Shown here piece by piece: positions 49,476 to 61,884 of a DNA stretch of 64,000 bases. Source of the DNA: Lama glama (taxonomy: Eukaryota); the NCBI GenBank assembly GCA_028534125.1, contig CM052818.1:25608001-25672000 (forward strand). The letters run 5' to 3'. Position numbers and translations under genes: made by a program. The notes beneath the pieces are model-generated. The model was not told the origin of the DNA. It searched no databases and worked only from the letters and a program-made list of their open reading frames with translations. Numbering within the stretch: position 1 is the stretch's first letter; each line of letters opens with the position of its first letter.

Positions 49476-49923
49476 GTTTCTTCGTTTGAGTCAGTCGCCT
49501 TGATTCAGAATGTCACGAGCCTTATGATATCATGCTGAGGCGCCTTGCAAATCCGACAATTAAGATCCTCCTAGACCTTGAGGTGATCAGCATAAGAGGC
49601 CAGATCCCCTCGAGTCATCTACACCTAGCTTCACCTTATTCTTTAAAGGGCAGAAAATTTGAGACGGTGATCGCCGTAACAGTAAATTTGGCTTACAATT
49701 GGGGCCCCCTCCGGTTTAGAAAGAGGAACACCAGATTGACCACATTCCCAACTAGAAAAATCTTCTTGCGTCAATCAAGCCTCATCTGGCTCATTTGGCT
49801 GTCAGTTTGATCGTCGTTAGATTGAAGAAAACATCTAGATGCAGCGATCGGCTATAGATACTTCTAGATCGTCTAGATCTACTAGACCATGGGCCAAAGA
49901 GGGTCGACCTGCAAACTTGCAAG
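49476..49923 (+). other. SRSF7: SRSF7 intron-3 poison cassette exon (448 nt)
   Basis: ctttcag| acceptor, aag|gtttat donor; inclusion reads FLRLSQSP then TGA at 49501-49503; SR genes are known to carry such conserved NMD exons. Confidence 0.85.
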
Positions 49924-50154
49924 GTTTATTTTAAATACACATTATGGTGTTTTATATTATGTAATTCTAAAATGTAATTGAGCTTTTAACAAATCTTTTT
50001 TTAGGTAGTTAAAAAAAAACTAATAGGCCCAGAGTTTATTTCCAAATGAGACACTAAATTAAAATAGTTTTGAGATTTGATTTCAGCAGAGGCACACAAA
50101 CTCTAAAGACGAGTTACCATCTGACATTTTCCTTTTTTCTGACTTGAAAAATAG

Positions 50155-50229
50155 GTCACGGTCTAGATCACATTCAAGATCCAGAGGTAGGCGATACTCT
50201 CGCTCACGCAGCAGGAGCAGGGGAAGGAG
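50155..50229 (+). CDS. SRSF7: SRSF7 exon 4 (RS domain)
   Basis: SRSRSHSRSRGRRYSRSRSRSRGR; tag|...|gtgaga. Confidence 0.96.
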
Positions 50230-50315
50230 GTGAGAGATCTTGTTTAATTCAAGTTGTCAACATGATAAAAAAAATAATTGGAGATGGACTTAAACTACTT
50301 TGACTTAATTTTTAG

Positions 50316-50426
50316 ATCAAGATCAGCATCTCCTCGACGATCGAGATCTGTGTCTCTTCGTAGATCAAGATCAGCTTCACTCAGACGATCTAGGTCTGGT
50401 TCTATAAAAGGATCGAGGTATTTCCA
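50316..50426 (+). CDS. SRSF7: SRSF7 exon 5 (RS domain)
   Basis: [36 protein letters not shown]; |gtatgt donor. Confidence 0.95.
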
Positions 50427-51693
50427 GTATGTAACATTTTTGTTTCCCCTCATTTGTATTTGGATTGTCACGTCTTAATGACAGCAATGGAATGTCTTAA
50501 GGACATAATTGAAATGGAATGCTGCAGAAAATATTTGAAATTGAGAAGTTGAAATTATACATGTACACATGATGAGAAAAGCCCAACTAAAGATTTAATA
50601 AGAGTTGTTACAGAAGCTGTGGTAGAGGAGGATCCAGAGCACAAATCCTCATATCATTCCAGCGAACACTTGGGTTAAACATGTTGAAAACTTTCGGTTG
50701 TCAGGTGGTATCTGTTGTGCAGGTAAAAGATACTAGCTCTAAAAGTTATTTGACTGATTCCTCATAAGAAGGGCCATTAGGACAAGGAAGAGATTTAGAA
50801 TTAGAAGGAGTTTCCTCTTTTTTGGAATGATAGGGTGAGTTTGAGACCATGGAAAGTTGTTTAGGGTAATAGTATACATAAGGGTGAACATGGCCTGTTT
50901 CACCACTTAGGTGAGACACTGAAATTTAAGTTAAAAATCAAACTAGACACCTCAGAAGCTTTTAATCACTTTGTAGAAGGCTTTAAAAGGTGATAGAAAT
51001 GGATACAATTTTAAAAAAGTTGTTGACGGTGCTACCCCAGGATGAGTCAATGGTAGGGAATGCTACTGGGAACTAACTGCTATTCAGTAATAGCACAAAG
51101 TCCTTTGGTGCAGGGATTCCAAAACTTGTGGTCCATTTGAAAAAACTCTGGACCTTCTCCAGATAAATGCATTTAATTTGACTGGAAGACCTCAGGCTGT
51201 GTCTGTTAGCCTGATTTGGTTTGTCTGACAAATTGATGGTCCTGGACCATGATAGTTTATTGATGATTCAAGAAAAATTTTCAGCCTTGGCACGTCTTGA
51301 CTTTTTTTTCATTGAGCTTACCACCTGAAGAAATTTTCAGTTCAGCAGTCTACAAGAGGTTGATTTCTTTTAAGATAAAATCATACCAGTTTTCTCCTGA
51401 AAACCATTTACTTCTCTTGGATACTACACAGTGTTTTAAGAATACTGTACTGTGGTAGAGGAACTGACAACCCAGCTCCACTGAGGATGATAGATAATTG
51501 AAATGGTAGTTCTTTATTTGATAATAGGTTATCAAAAGTGATTATTTGTCCGATCTTAGACTGATAAAAGGCATGTTGCTCAGTTTTAGCCCCTCTATTT
51601 TTAGCCTACTTAGTAAGGTACTCAGTAGATGTTTAAGTAGATGACTCTTATGGACTAATTGGTATAATTGTATTTGTTTTTCTTTTTATTAAG

Positions 51694-51747
51694 ATCCCGA
51701 TCCAGGTCGAGATCAAGATCGAGGTCTCTTTCACGACCAAGAAGCAG
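51694..51747 (+). CDS. SRSF7: SRSF7 exon 6
   Basis: SRSRSRSRSRSLSRPRS; aag|...|gtagag. Confidence 0.95.
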
Positions 51748-52284
51748 GTAGAGTAAAAATCTCATTGATACTCTTCTAGTTATATGGCACCAATATCCAA
51801 AGAGTTCAAAGTGTTTTTGAGTTGTTGAAATTTCAAGTGTTAGCTCTAAGCCAGATGTTAAGTAGGAATATGGCACTTCATTAGTAAATCTAAACTTTAG
51901 AACTTCCTTTTTTACATGGCCTATTTTAGCTGACTTCTTGGACAAGGGCATGTTAAACTAGTGAGAAAGATGTTGGTGAATTTGGGGTTATATTAAGAGG
52001 CCCATGTTAGAACTGATAAGATGCATGGAGAAGAGTTCTGAGATAATTGTGCTTTAAAGCAGTGTAAAGGATTGGTTGTGATAAAATCAGTTCACTCATT
52101 TGATGAAGAAAAGTTACTGGAAGATTGGATTTTTGTTGACAAAAGCTGGTAGGTTATTTTTCAGTTTAATTGCAGCCTGACGTTGAAAGTTCAGGACAGT
52201 GTGGGGGTTTATTTTATGGTATTGTGACTTAAGAAGGGGGTTGGATAGTACTTTTTCTTAATAGAATTTCTCATGTTTTGACAG

Positions 52285-52320
52285 CCGTTCAAAGTCCAGA
52301 TCTCCATCTCCAAAAAGAAG
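52285..52320 (+). CDS. SRSF7: SRSF7 exon 7 (36 bp)
   Basis: RSKSRSPSPKR; cag|...|gtaagc. Confidence 0.95.
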
Positions 52321-52689
52321 GTAAGCTAAATTTATTTGTTGCCAAATCTTAACTGTGCAGAAAAACTTCAGAATATTTGCTTACTGCCTACTTTTGCAGG
52401 CTTTGAGCTCTTTGGAGAATTGGTGCTATATACATCAAAATACTAGGTACAGAGTTTCTTAGACCTCCCCCAAACCCCTAAAATTCAAATAGTTGTTCTC
52501 TTTAACTAAATTTTGTAATTTTAGCAAGGAGTCTCTTAAGCCTTAAGTAATTTTTATATTTCTGCTACAGGAACTTACTACTTTTGGCCACCTTTGAGTT
52601 TATTGAAACTTGAGTTTTGACAATGTATGTGATAAGAGTAAGTTTCCGTAGACACTAATTGATTCCAAACCTGATGTTTTTCTTTTTAG

Positions 52690-52744
52690 TCGTTCCCCTT
52701 CAGGAAGTCCGCGAAGAAGTGCAAGTCCTGAAAGAGTGGACTGA
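52690..52744 (+). CDS. SRSF7: SRSF7 exon 8 coding part with stop
   Basis: RSPSGSPRRSASPERVD*, TGA at 52742-52744. Confidence 0.96.
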
Positions 52745-52964
52745 AGTTCTCAAGTTCACCTTTTAGGGAAAAGTTATTTTGTTTACATTATTATAAGGGA
52801 TTTGTGATGTCTGTGTAACCTAGGGAAGGGTATTTTCAACCATCTAATCAGAATGGATCTGGACTATTACTGTGTAAATTCACAGCAGTAAGATAATATA
52901 AATTTTTGTTGAATGTATTAACATCCTATGGTCTGAAAATGTGGGTTTTTATTTGGCACATTTA

Positions 52965-52970
52965 AATAAA
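52965..52970 (+). terminator. SRSF7 proximal polyadenylation signal
   Basis: AATAAA about 220 nt after the stop, followed by a GU/U-rich tract. Confidence 0.7.
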
Positions 52971-54158
52971 ATGTTTCTAACTAGATTTTTGATTTGTGTT
53001 CCATATTAATACTCAATTTGGTAAACTTCAGGAGTCAATATTAACTATGTTTATGCAGACCTACGTTCAAACTTAATGGTGTTATTTAAGTCTTGAACAT
53101 CACTAATTAGTATACATACATATAAGAAATTCTTTTTTACCCTTAGAGCTTTGGTTAAGAACTTGAGTCCTCCTTAATTTTGCATCATGACAATTCCAAT
53201 TCTTTTGGAGTTGGTGTTACTAGAACGACAGGAACTAATAATGAGTTTTTAAATGTGGTTTATAAGAAGTAGTGGACCTGATGTTGGAGACTGAGTTTTT
53301 TGAAGGTTATTTTACGTACATTAACTGAGGTTTTCAGGCTGTTACATGGGATGGTGTCAAATTAGAGCTCCTCATTTTAGGAAGTTCATTCTATTCAATG
53401 TTCTTTGTTTTCAACATAACCAGTTTTATACCAAAATTTTTGCATGTTTGAGGAATTGTCTGAGTTTGGGGCAAAACATCTTGATGTAAACCAGCTTTGC
53501 AAAATTTTCCAGTCCAGATACTCTTCTCTGTCCCTTAAAATAGATTGCCTTACTCTGAGCAGAGATCTGTTAGTTCCCAAGCTAGGTTTTTTTCAGTTCC
53601 CGAACACCACCATACTTGATCTCATTTTGCCAGGCTGGTGCAAAGTAATCAAAGATGTCAATCAGAAATGTTAATGAGACAAAAGCAGTTTTGTAAATCC
53701 CACCTATATTTAGCAACACTTCATGTAGTTATTTTCTGGTAGCACCTGGTAGACCTTAGAATGTTAACAGCCAGTCGATTCTTTATTCTGACTTTAAATA
53801 TCTTACATATAGTAAGGCAGTAATAGTTTGAGTTTTCTGGTCAAGCTTTTACCAAGTATTCTCTAGCCTTGGTGCAAAAAGAAAAAAAGCTGGTGGCACA
53901 GCTATCTGCCCTTGTTTCTTGTGCTTTTAAACAAAGTTATTGGGTGGCATTGCAATTTGAAAATACTGATCTGCCTCATTTATTTAGTGGTCTAAATGAT
54001 CACTAGTATGTTGGAAGTTTGGATGCTTTGTTTTTGGAATTTTGACAATTGGCTGCTTTATATGGTTGGTATAAAGCTATGTGTGTAATCAGCAGGCTTA
54101 TTTGTTGCACTTGGTCAGCTTTAATTGTTCTGTATATATAAAGATAAGTTTACTCAAC

Positions 54159-54179
54159 AATAAATCTGCAGAGAATAAA
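54159..54179 (+). terminator. SRSF7 distal polyadenylation signals (two AATAAA)
   Basis: AATAAA at 54159-54164 and 54174-54179, with upstream TGTA motifs. Confidence 0.65.
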
Positions 54180-57100
54180 CAGTCCTGATACTCAATTTTT
54201 CCAAGTGGGAGATTTGAGCCAAGAGGAGAAATCCATTAATCCTGTGGCTTTGGGATGGATTACTAGCAGCATCCTAGAGATTAATATGAAAGGATATGGA
54301 GGAGAGGTAGGGGCAAAAATGGCTTTTAGATAAAAAAGTTCTTTTTCTTAATGGGGAAAGGGAATACTGGGTATATAGGCCAATACCTTTTGTACCGTTG
54401 ATTGCAAATCAGTAAGTCCTCCTGTGTTTAGTATACATCTTTAGATGATAACACTGGTGCAGTGCATCTTTTTTCTTATTTTTAGAAGTTGAGACTGCTT
54501 ACATTGATTGTGATTGACTTGAAAAGTGCTGGTCCAGACTCATTTTAAATTTTAAACATGGCACTAATGGGTAGCTAATTGAACACATCAGATGCTGTTT
54601 TGGGTGTATGGCCTTAGTTCTCTCCTAGGCATTGAAGAGGTAAGTACATAACCTTCACTTTGATAGTTCTCCCTTGGACTTTAAAACTAGGCTAAGTATT
54701 AAGCTGAGGTGTGGTCCTATCATCTTTCCATGTTTCCTTTCCTGAGGACAAAGAAAATCTGAGGGGGTCTTGAAATACTATCAGTTTGAGATTCTGGGTT
54801 AAATGAACTAGTAGTGTGGGATTGTGATTTTTGTCTTTATGTAGCCTATCTTGAAGTCTAAAGGAACCCTGATTTCTAAGATGTACTAAGCTGATAGGAG
54901 TTGGAAGCCCCCAAACTGGCAGGGTGGCCAGGAGTTATTAGTGAAAGATAGTAGCAAAGAACTAATTAGAGCTGGCTCTGAGCAGCTGTTTCTTGGAGAC
55001 CTTTGTAGGGGAGGGCTGTGTAACGTGGAGGATGTACACATAGCTGTAAAGACAGGGTGAAGCAAAGAAGGTCAAAGTAGCAAAAAATACTAAGGGCCTG
55101 GCTGGTCTTGGAGTGTTTGGAGGGTGGTGGAACTGGTGACAAACCAAATAAATAAGGCAAAGATCCCTAGGTTTATGATACGGTAGAATTAAAGCTGTTA
55201 CATCCAGAACTATACTAAGGCCAGTGAGGGGGCAGGGGAGAGCACCAGTAGCCAGTTTCGACGTCTGATAAATCTTTTTGACACCCTACAGGTTTACAGT
55301 TAACCATTCTAGTAAAAATGTCGAAGGACGTCACTTAATCCTCACCTCACAACGAATTAGTACTGTTAAACCTCATCTCACAGAAGAGGAAATGAGCTCA
55401 GAGAGATTGGTAACTTAATACTATACTATTAATCTGCTAGGAGGTAGAAGTTTGAATCATACCTGTGGTTTCAGCTCTTTTGCTTTTTTAATCAATGAAG
55501 CACCTAACTGCTCCTTTAAAACAAAACCACATGAAAAAGTCAAAGAACAAAATAACCCTTGGTGTCTTACCTATTGTATACCATAGTTAATAACTTGGCT
55601 AATTTCTTCTTAGACTTAATGGGGAAAATTTGCTGGATGACTCTGGAGCACATGGAATGCAGTAGTCAATTAATTGTTAAGCTCTCAAGGCCACTTCTCA
55701 AAGTAGTGGTTTTTCCTTTGTTGTTGCATACTATTTAGTTGCCTGGATGTTGTATAATTTATGCAGTAAACTTTTGTGCCCCTTCAGTATGCCAGGTACT
55801 GCTAGCCTTGGAATGCAGAAATGAAGAGTCTTTACCTTCATGGATCTTAACTTCTGGAGAGACAAATGAACGAATACCAGGTGGGTAATAACTGATACGG
55901 AGAGTAATGAAGCAGAAAGAAGGCTAGGGAGTTGGTTGCTGTTGTGTTAAGGGTGGCCTGAGGAAGCCTCTGATAGTGACAGCAATGAGCAGGTGAGGGA
56001 GTAAGGCACACCAACTTCTGAGGGCATGGTACGAACAAAGGCCTAGAGTAGTTTGAGCTGTTGGAGGGTAAGGAGGCCAGCAGGAAGTGGACAGGAGAGT
56101 GTGGGAAGAGATGGCATAGGAAAGGAGGGGGATGTAGATCATGGAGGACTTTGTATGCCTTGGAAGGGACTATCTTGGAGAGTTTTTGAGCAGAGTAACA
56201 GGAATTCAGTCAGTTCCCTATTGATGGATATGAGGGTTGTTTCTAATTACTATTACAATTCTGCAGTGAATAACCTTGTACAGTACATTACAAATGTGAC
56301 CCTGTGTATCTAGGATAATCCCTAGAAGTTGAATTGCTGGGTCAAAAGTTCCATGCATTTGTATTTTTATTAGGTACTTATTACTCGCCCTGGTGGAAAT
56401 GTGTAAGAGGGCCTGTTTCTCTGTACCATTGCCCATTTGGTACACATGGTGTAGCTACATGGTGGGCTATCAACCTTGTTGATTTTTACCAATCTTGTGT
56501 TGAAAAATCGTATCTCAGCAGTTTGTTTTAATTGTGGTAAAATACATGTTTTCCCCTCACTCTGGAAAATTGCCATATATTCAAAAGTCTGTTTTAGGTT
56601 CCCTTGCTCTTAACACACTGACCTTCTCTAGTAGGACTCCTGTTTACACTGTAATCACCTGTTTACTTACGTGCAGATATGCTACCACAACACAAATTGT
56701 GACAGCAGGTACCAGGCCTTGTGCTTTTTTTTTTTCATTGCCTAGTGCTTATTAACACTTAAATATTTGATGAATGAAAAGTGAATTCATGGATGAATGA
56801 ATGAATTCTTTTAAGCCAAACAGAAAATTAGAAAAACCGCCTCTCTTATTTGAGACTTTTATTATTAATCACCATTTCAGTTAAAAGCCCACATTTTCAT
56901 TTTAACTGCCTGTAAGACTGACTCCTATGTGAATTTGCCTGCAGAGTATTTAGATCCTTAGGCTGCTGTTTATAATGCCCAGCTCTATTCTGCAACTCTA
57001 GTGCAAGGTTTTTATCCCTTCATCCGGGTTAACTCTCAGACTTCTACTTAGAAAGGGTGTGGAAAATTTCTGTGCAGAAAGGGTGCAAACTTACTTACCA

Positions 57101-58319
57101 CCCCAAGAATTGGTGAGCCCAGGTGAGTCTTCCATTTCTTTGCCTAAAGTTATGTCCTATCTACCTCTGAGACTTCTCTGGGTTCTTAATGACTAAAGCT
57201 TGAAGGTGGCTAGGTGTGATCCTATACAAAGACCCTGTTTTTATTTTGGTTTATATCTCCAAGAAATCTGGATTCTAGAAAATGGATCCTTTCACTGCCA
57301 AGGATAAAAAAATCTGGCTGTAAAGAAATAACATACGTGACAGAGATAAAGGTAGATGGATGGGTTTATCTTGGTCATTGTCTTAGAGGACCATCACCAC
57401 GGTTTCTGGGCCCCTGTAGCAAGAGTGTACCTCCCTCCTTTGCCTAAGGATGGGTACACTGTTACAGGGGCAGAGCTGAGTAACTGCTTCAGACTAAGTC
57501 CCACAAAGCTTAAAATACTTAACTCTCTGGCCCTTTACAGAAAATGTTTGCCCACCCCTGGTTTAGACATTTCTCTTTAACTGTTTACAATCTTCAAAAT
57601 AATTATCTCTGAAGATCTTGGGTCCCAGGATTATCAGTAGGGTTGCCAGGGCCTTACCAAGGCATACTTTTGGTCTAGGAAGATTTTTTTGTGTGTGTGT
57701 GACTCATTCTGGAGGAAGTGCTTCCTGAAGCTAGAGAGCAAATTCTAGCTAAACACATTAATGCACTTAAGATATTGGTGAATGTTACTAGGGCAGTGGT
57801 TCTCATCCCCAGCCGCGTATTAGGGTCACCCCAGGAGCTTTAAAACCTTCTAATGAAGTCAGAATTGCTGAGGGTGAAGCTGGGCATTAATATTCTAAAT
57901 GTCTCCCTTGGTAGTGCTAATACACAACCAGAATGAGAAACTGCTGCTGAGGGGGTTAGTGTTAGCGTGCTCCTAGTTCCCTAGTTATTAGACAGACTGA
58001 CCTGGCTTACTGCTATTATAAGAAAATTAGCAGCACTCACATGGGATTCAAAGGAAGATTCTACGATATATCCTCTAAGATTCTCTGATACTTTCTCTAA
58101 CCAAATAATCCTGGAGTGTAACCTTTCTATGCAAAAGGAGTTTATATTAGTACCAGTAGAGGTCACTGTGCTCAGAGAAATACTTTTTAAGAAAGTTAAT
58201 ACTCTGTTCAAGAAATTTGAAGGAGTATTTACCAGACCCAACAATAAGGCAACTCCAGACATGGCCTCTGGTCACAATTGCTTCAAAGCATCTAAGGCTC
58301 TGTTAACATGCATGAATGC

Positions 58320-60520
58320 ATTTATGATTATTATATCTTCCTGATGTGTTGATGCTTTTATCATTATAAAATCGCTCTCTAGTACTGTTTCTTTAAAGTC
58401 TTTTTTCTGGTATTTAGCATAGCTACTCCACTAATTTTATGATTACTGTTTGTATGGTATATCTTTCCCATCCATTTACTTTCAGCTTATCGACGCATAC
58501 ACAGCCGACCCTTGAACAGTGTGGCTTTGACCTGCATGGCCCACTTACACGCAGATGTTTTCTTCAGTAGACACTGCATACGTACTACGGTACTGCATGA
58601 TCCCTGGATGCAGAACTGTGGATGCAGGTGGCTGACTGTAGAGTTATATATGGGTTTTTGATTTGGGCAGGGGATGTTGGGGAGTTGTTCAGGGGTCAGC
58701 TGTAGTTGCTAGATCTTGCTTTTTTAGTTCAGTCTGACAAACTGTCTTTTGGGTTGTTTAAACCATCTACATATAACAACTGTTGGAATGTTTTGGATTT
58801 ACAGTTGCCATTTTGTTGTTTTCTATATGTCTCCTGTTTCTCTTCTTTTTACTACTTTATTTTACATTAAACTTTTTTTTTTAGTGTACCATTTAAATTC
58901 CTCTTGATTTTTAACTTTATTTTTGAGTTATTTCCTTTGTGGCTGTACCTTAATATATCACAGTCTATTTCGGGTTAATATTCTGGTAAAATATAGAAAT
59001 TTTGCTCCCATATATTTTCCTTTCCTGAACTTCCCTCCCTTGTGCTATGTATATGTATTATAAACTCGAGAAAATAGACATTTACCACTTTTGATAATAA
59101 CTCATTACCATGGATACAAGTTACTGTCTTCATTTCCTTTCAGCATGAAAGACTTCCTCTGGTATTTCTTGTAAGACAGATCTGCTAGCAAGGAATTCTC
59201 TCGTTTGTTTATCTGGGAACGTTTTTGTTTCACTTTTGCATTTGAAGGGTAGTTTTGGGCAATACAGAATCCTCGGTTTTTAAGCACATTGATTATGTCA
59301 TTCTGCTGCCCCCAGGACTCCACTGTCTGAGATGAGAAGTCAGATGTTAACTGTATTGGTGATCTTCTATAGTGATAAGCCATTTCCTTTTGCTTTCAAA
59401 TTTTCTTTTTGCTTTTTTGGCATTTAACAGTTTAAATATGATGTGTCAATTGGGAATCTCTTTGTATTCATCCTTCTTGGACTTTGTTCAGCTTCTTAGG
59501 TGTACAGAATAGTGGTTTTTGTCAAATTTGGAGAGTTTTTTGCCATTATTTCTTGAAATATTTTCTGTCCTTTTACTCTCCTTTTGGGACCCTCATTACA
59601 CGCATGTTGATGTGCTTGCTGTCCCACAGGTCTCTGAGGTTCTTTCCCAATTTGTTCAGTTTTTTTTCCTCTGTTTTTCAGATTGAATAATTTCTACTGA
59701 TGTACCTTCAAGTTCATGTATTCTTTTTTCTGCCATCTCGAATCTGCTCCTGAGTTTCAAGTGAACTGTCACTTGTTACTGTACATTTCAACCTCAGAAG
59801 TTTCACTTGGTTCTCTTTTATAATCTCTTTGGTATTTTTTTTTAATCTGTGTGTTTATTTTAAGCTCTGCTGTTGAGGGGTTGCCGTGAGCAGAGCTTGT
59901 TTGGTGGTCAGCATAACTGCACAGAAATTGTGCTCCAACACCTCAGCCAGTCAGATTTCTGCCCTCTGCTGATGGGGCTGTGTGTACACAGGGAGTGGAT
60001 TCAGTCCTTAGGCTGTTTACAAGTCTGCTCTAGCTTTTACTCTCTGCTAAGTTCCCTTTAATTTCCTCTGCACGTGCATGTGTTTAGCCTCTGATCACCC
60101 AGAAATCTGCTTGCTCCAATCACAACTGCAGCCTCAGGCTAATACAGCCATCAGCCCTCCCTGCTCACAGTAGCACCAAGGTCATCATTTCTGTTGACAA
60201 AGCAGTCGGGTATGGGTATCACCTACCACTCCATACTGGGAACCCCCTTCAACCATAGCCATCTGCTGGTCGTCATAATTCTGCTGCGGCTTGGCAGAAG
60301 CTCCAGTGACTAGGCTGAGGGAATAAAGGGAAGGGAAGCAACCCCAGGCAAGAACGCCACAGTTTTCTGCTGTTCTACCCAAAGTTCGGTTTTCCAAACA
60401 TAAACATGTCTTGGATTGTTATATGTTTTGGGTCAACTTCCAGAGCACCAAAACTGTTTTGTCAATTTTTTTCAGCATTATAGTTGCTTTTTTGAGGAGA
60501 TTGGCTGACCTTACTTGGGA
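58320..60520 (-). mobile_element. Old antisense LINE-1 fragments (ORF1-side sequence)
   Basis: Minus-strand peptide YRRSPIQLTSDFSSQTVESWGQQNDIINVLK resembles L1 ORF1 (PIRLTADFSxET). Confidence 0.75.
58502..58702. mobile_element. Tigger2-like non-autonomous DNA transposon nested in the L1
   Basis: Terminal inverted repeats cagccgacccttgaaca / tgttcaggggtcagctg, followed by TA. Confidence 0.75.
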
Positions 60521-61878
60521 ATAGCTGGTAGTGCTACCCAGAGCATCTGAGATGTTTATTATCATTTGAGTAATTTAATTGGAGGAGAGTTGGAACTTAA
60601 AGGGAGAAGATAAATGCCTCAATTGGAAAAGGACTGCGCTCAGGTCAAAACTACCCATATAGCCCACTGCAAACTTAAGATCCAGTTGTTTAAAATAGTT
60701 ACAACCAATCATGGGAACTAGCTAGGGAACAGGGTATATATATGCTGTGTTTCCCTCCTGTCTTCTGCTCATAGTACTAGAATTTCTCATGTTCTACTTT
60801 TCACAAACTGTCCACTTATTCATTGACACTGACATTCTTTATTCTTCTGAGATTGGATTATCAGTGGTCACCTAACGGTCACAACACTTCAGCCTCCACA
60901 GCATGCCATCTTAGTTAGACTTTACAGCAATATTTGTGCAGTTATTACATCTCACCTTGTTAGACAAAATGATTGGGAACTGGAAAAATGAAAATCTGAT
61001 AGCTAATGATAAGACCTTAAGCCATATGAATTTGAAACAAACAGGAATCCATAAATCATTGAACTGAAGTCAGTGATATGCTCACCTGGGAAAGGTCAGA
61101 ACTCAGCACTGCAGCACTAGTCTGGTCGTGGGTGGGGGTGTGTGCTGAAGAAGGCATGGACTCAGTGGGGGCTGGAGGCTTATTCTTTCAGGGAGGGGTT
61201 GCATTAGAGTGGGTATTTGCATTTTCAAACAAGGCTTAAATAATTCTGTAATTATATATGGTGTTTTTCATATTGAATACCATGTTTTTTTCCCACCACC
61301 TCACATGAATTGTATCAGTGGCCAGGTTTAGGTTTAGTTCCAACCTGCAGCCGTATACTCACTTCCCAGATAATTAAAGTCTAATCCCTTTGCCTCACAG
61401 GTGAGAAAACTGAGGCCAAGAGAAATTGGATTGTTTGCCCATATAGAAAAGGCCAGGAGCAAAGTTAGTGCTCAGGGCTCCCAACTCTGTCATGGTGCAG
61501 TTCTTCATCATCTAGTTTTAACTGCTACTCCTGTCTTCCCCAGAGAGACTGATATCCCTAAGGAACGTACTGCATCTTGGACATTACCTCTTGAATCCCT
61601 TAAAAGACCTAGCAGAGAACTGTGTACACAATAGGTAATGAGAAAAAACATGCTGGAATGAATTAAAAAATAAACACTATCTTTGGTTTACTGTTGCTAA
61701 GAGAGGAGAAGTACACTTTTTAGGTAGTTTTCTAGCAATTTGATGGGGCTTATATTGGAATACATAGTACAGTCTAGAACACACCATATATACTTGGTCC
61801 ATTTCTCAAAGGTCCATGACTGACAGATCTAAAGACGAGTAAAGAAACTGGGAATCTTCTGAAGGTGCAGATTTTGGT

Positions 61879-61884
61879 TTTATT
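61879..61884 (-). terminator. Candidate GALM polyadenylation signal AATAAA
   Basis: tttatt on +, about 1.1 kb past the GALM stop. Confidence 0.45.

Noticed and set aside
51655..51951. Minus-strand ORF containing RDLDLDLDLDRDL
   Set aside because: Antisense reading of SRSF7 RS-repeat exon 6.
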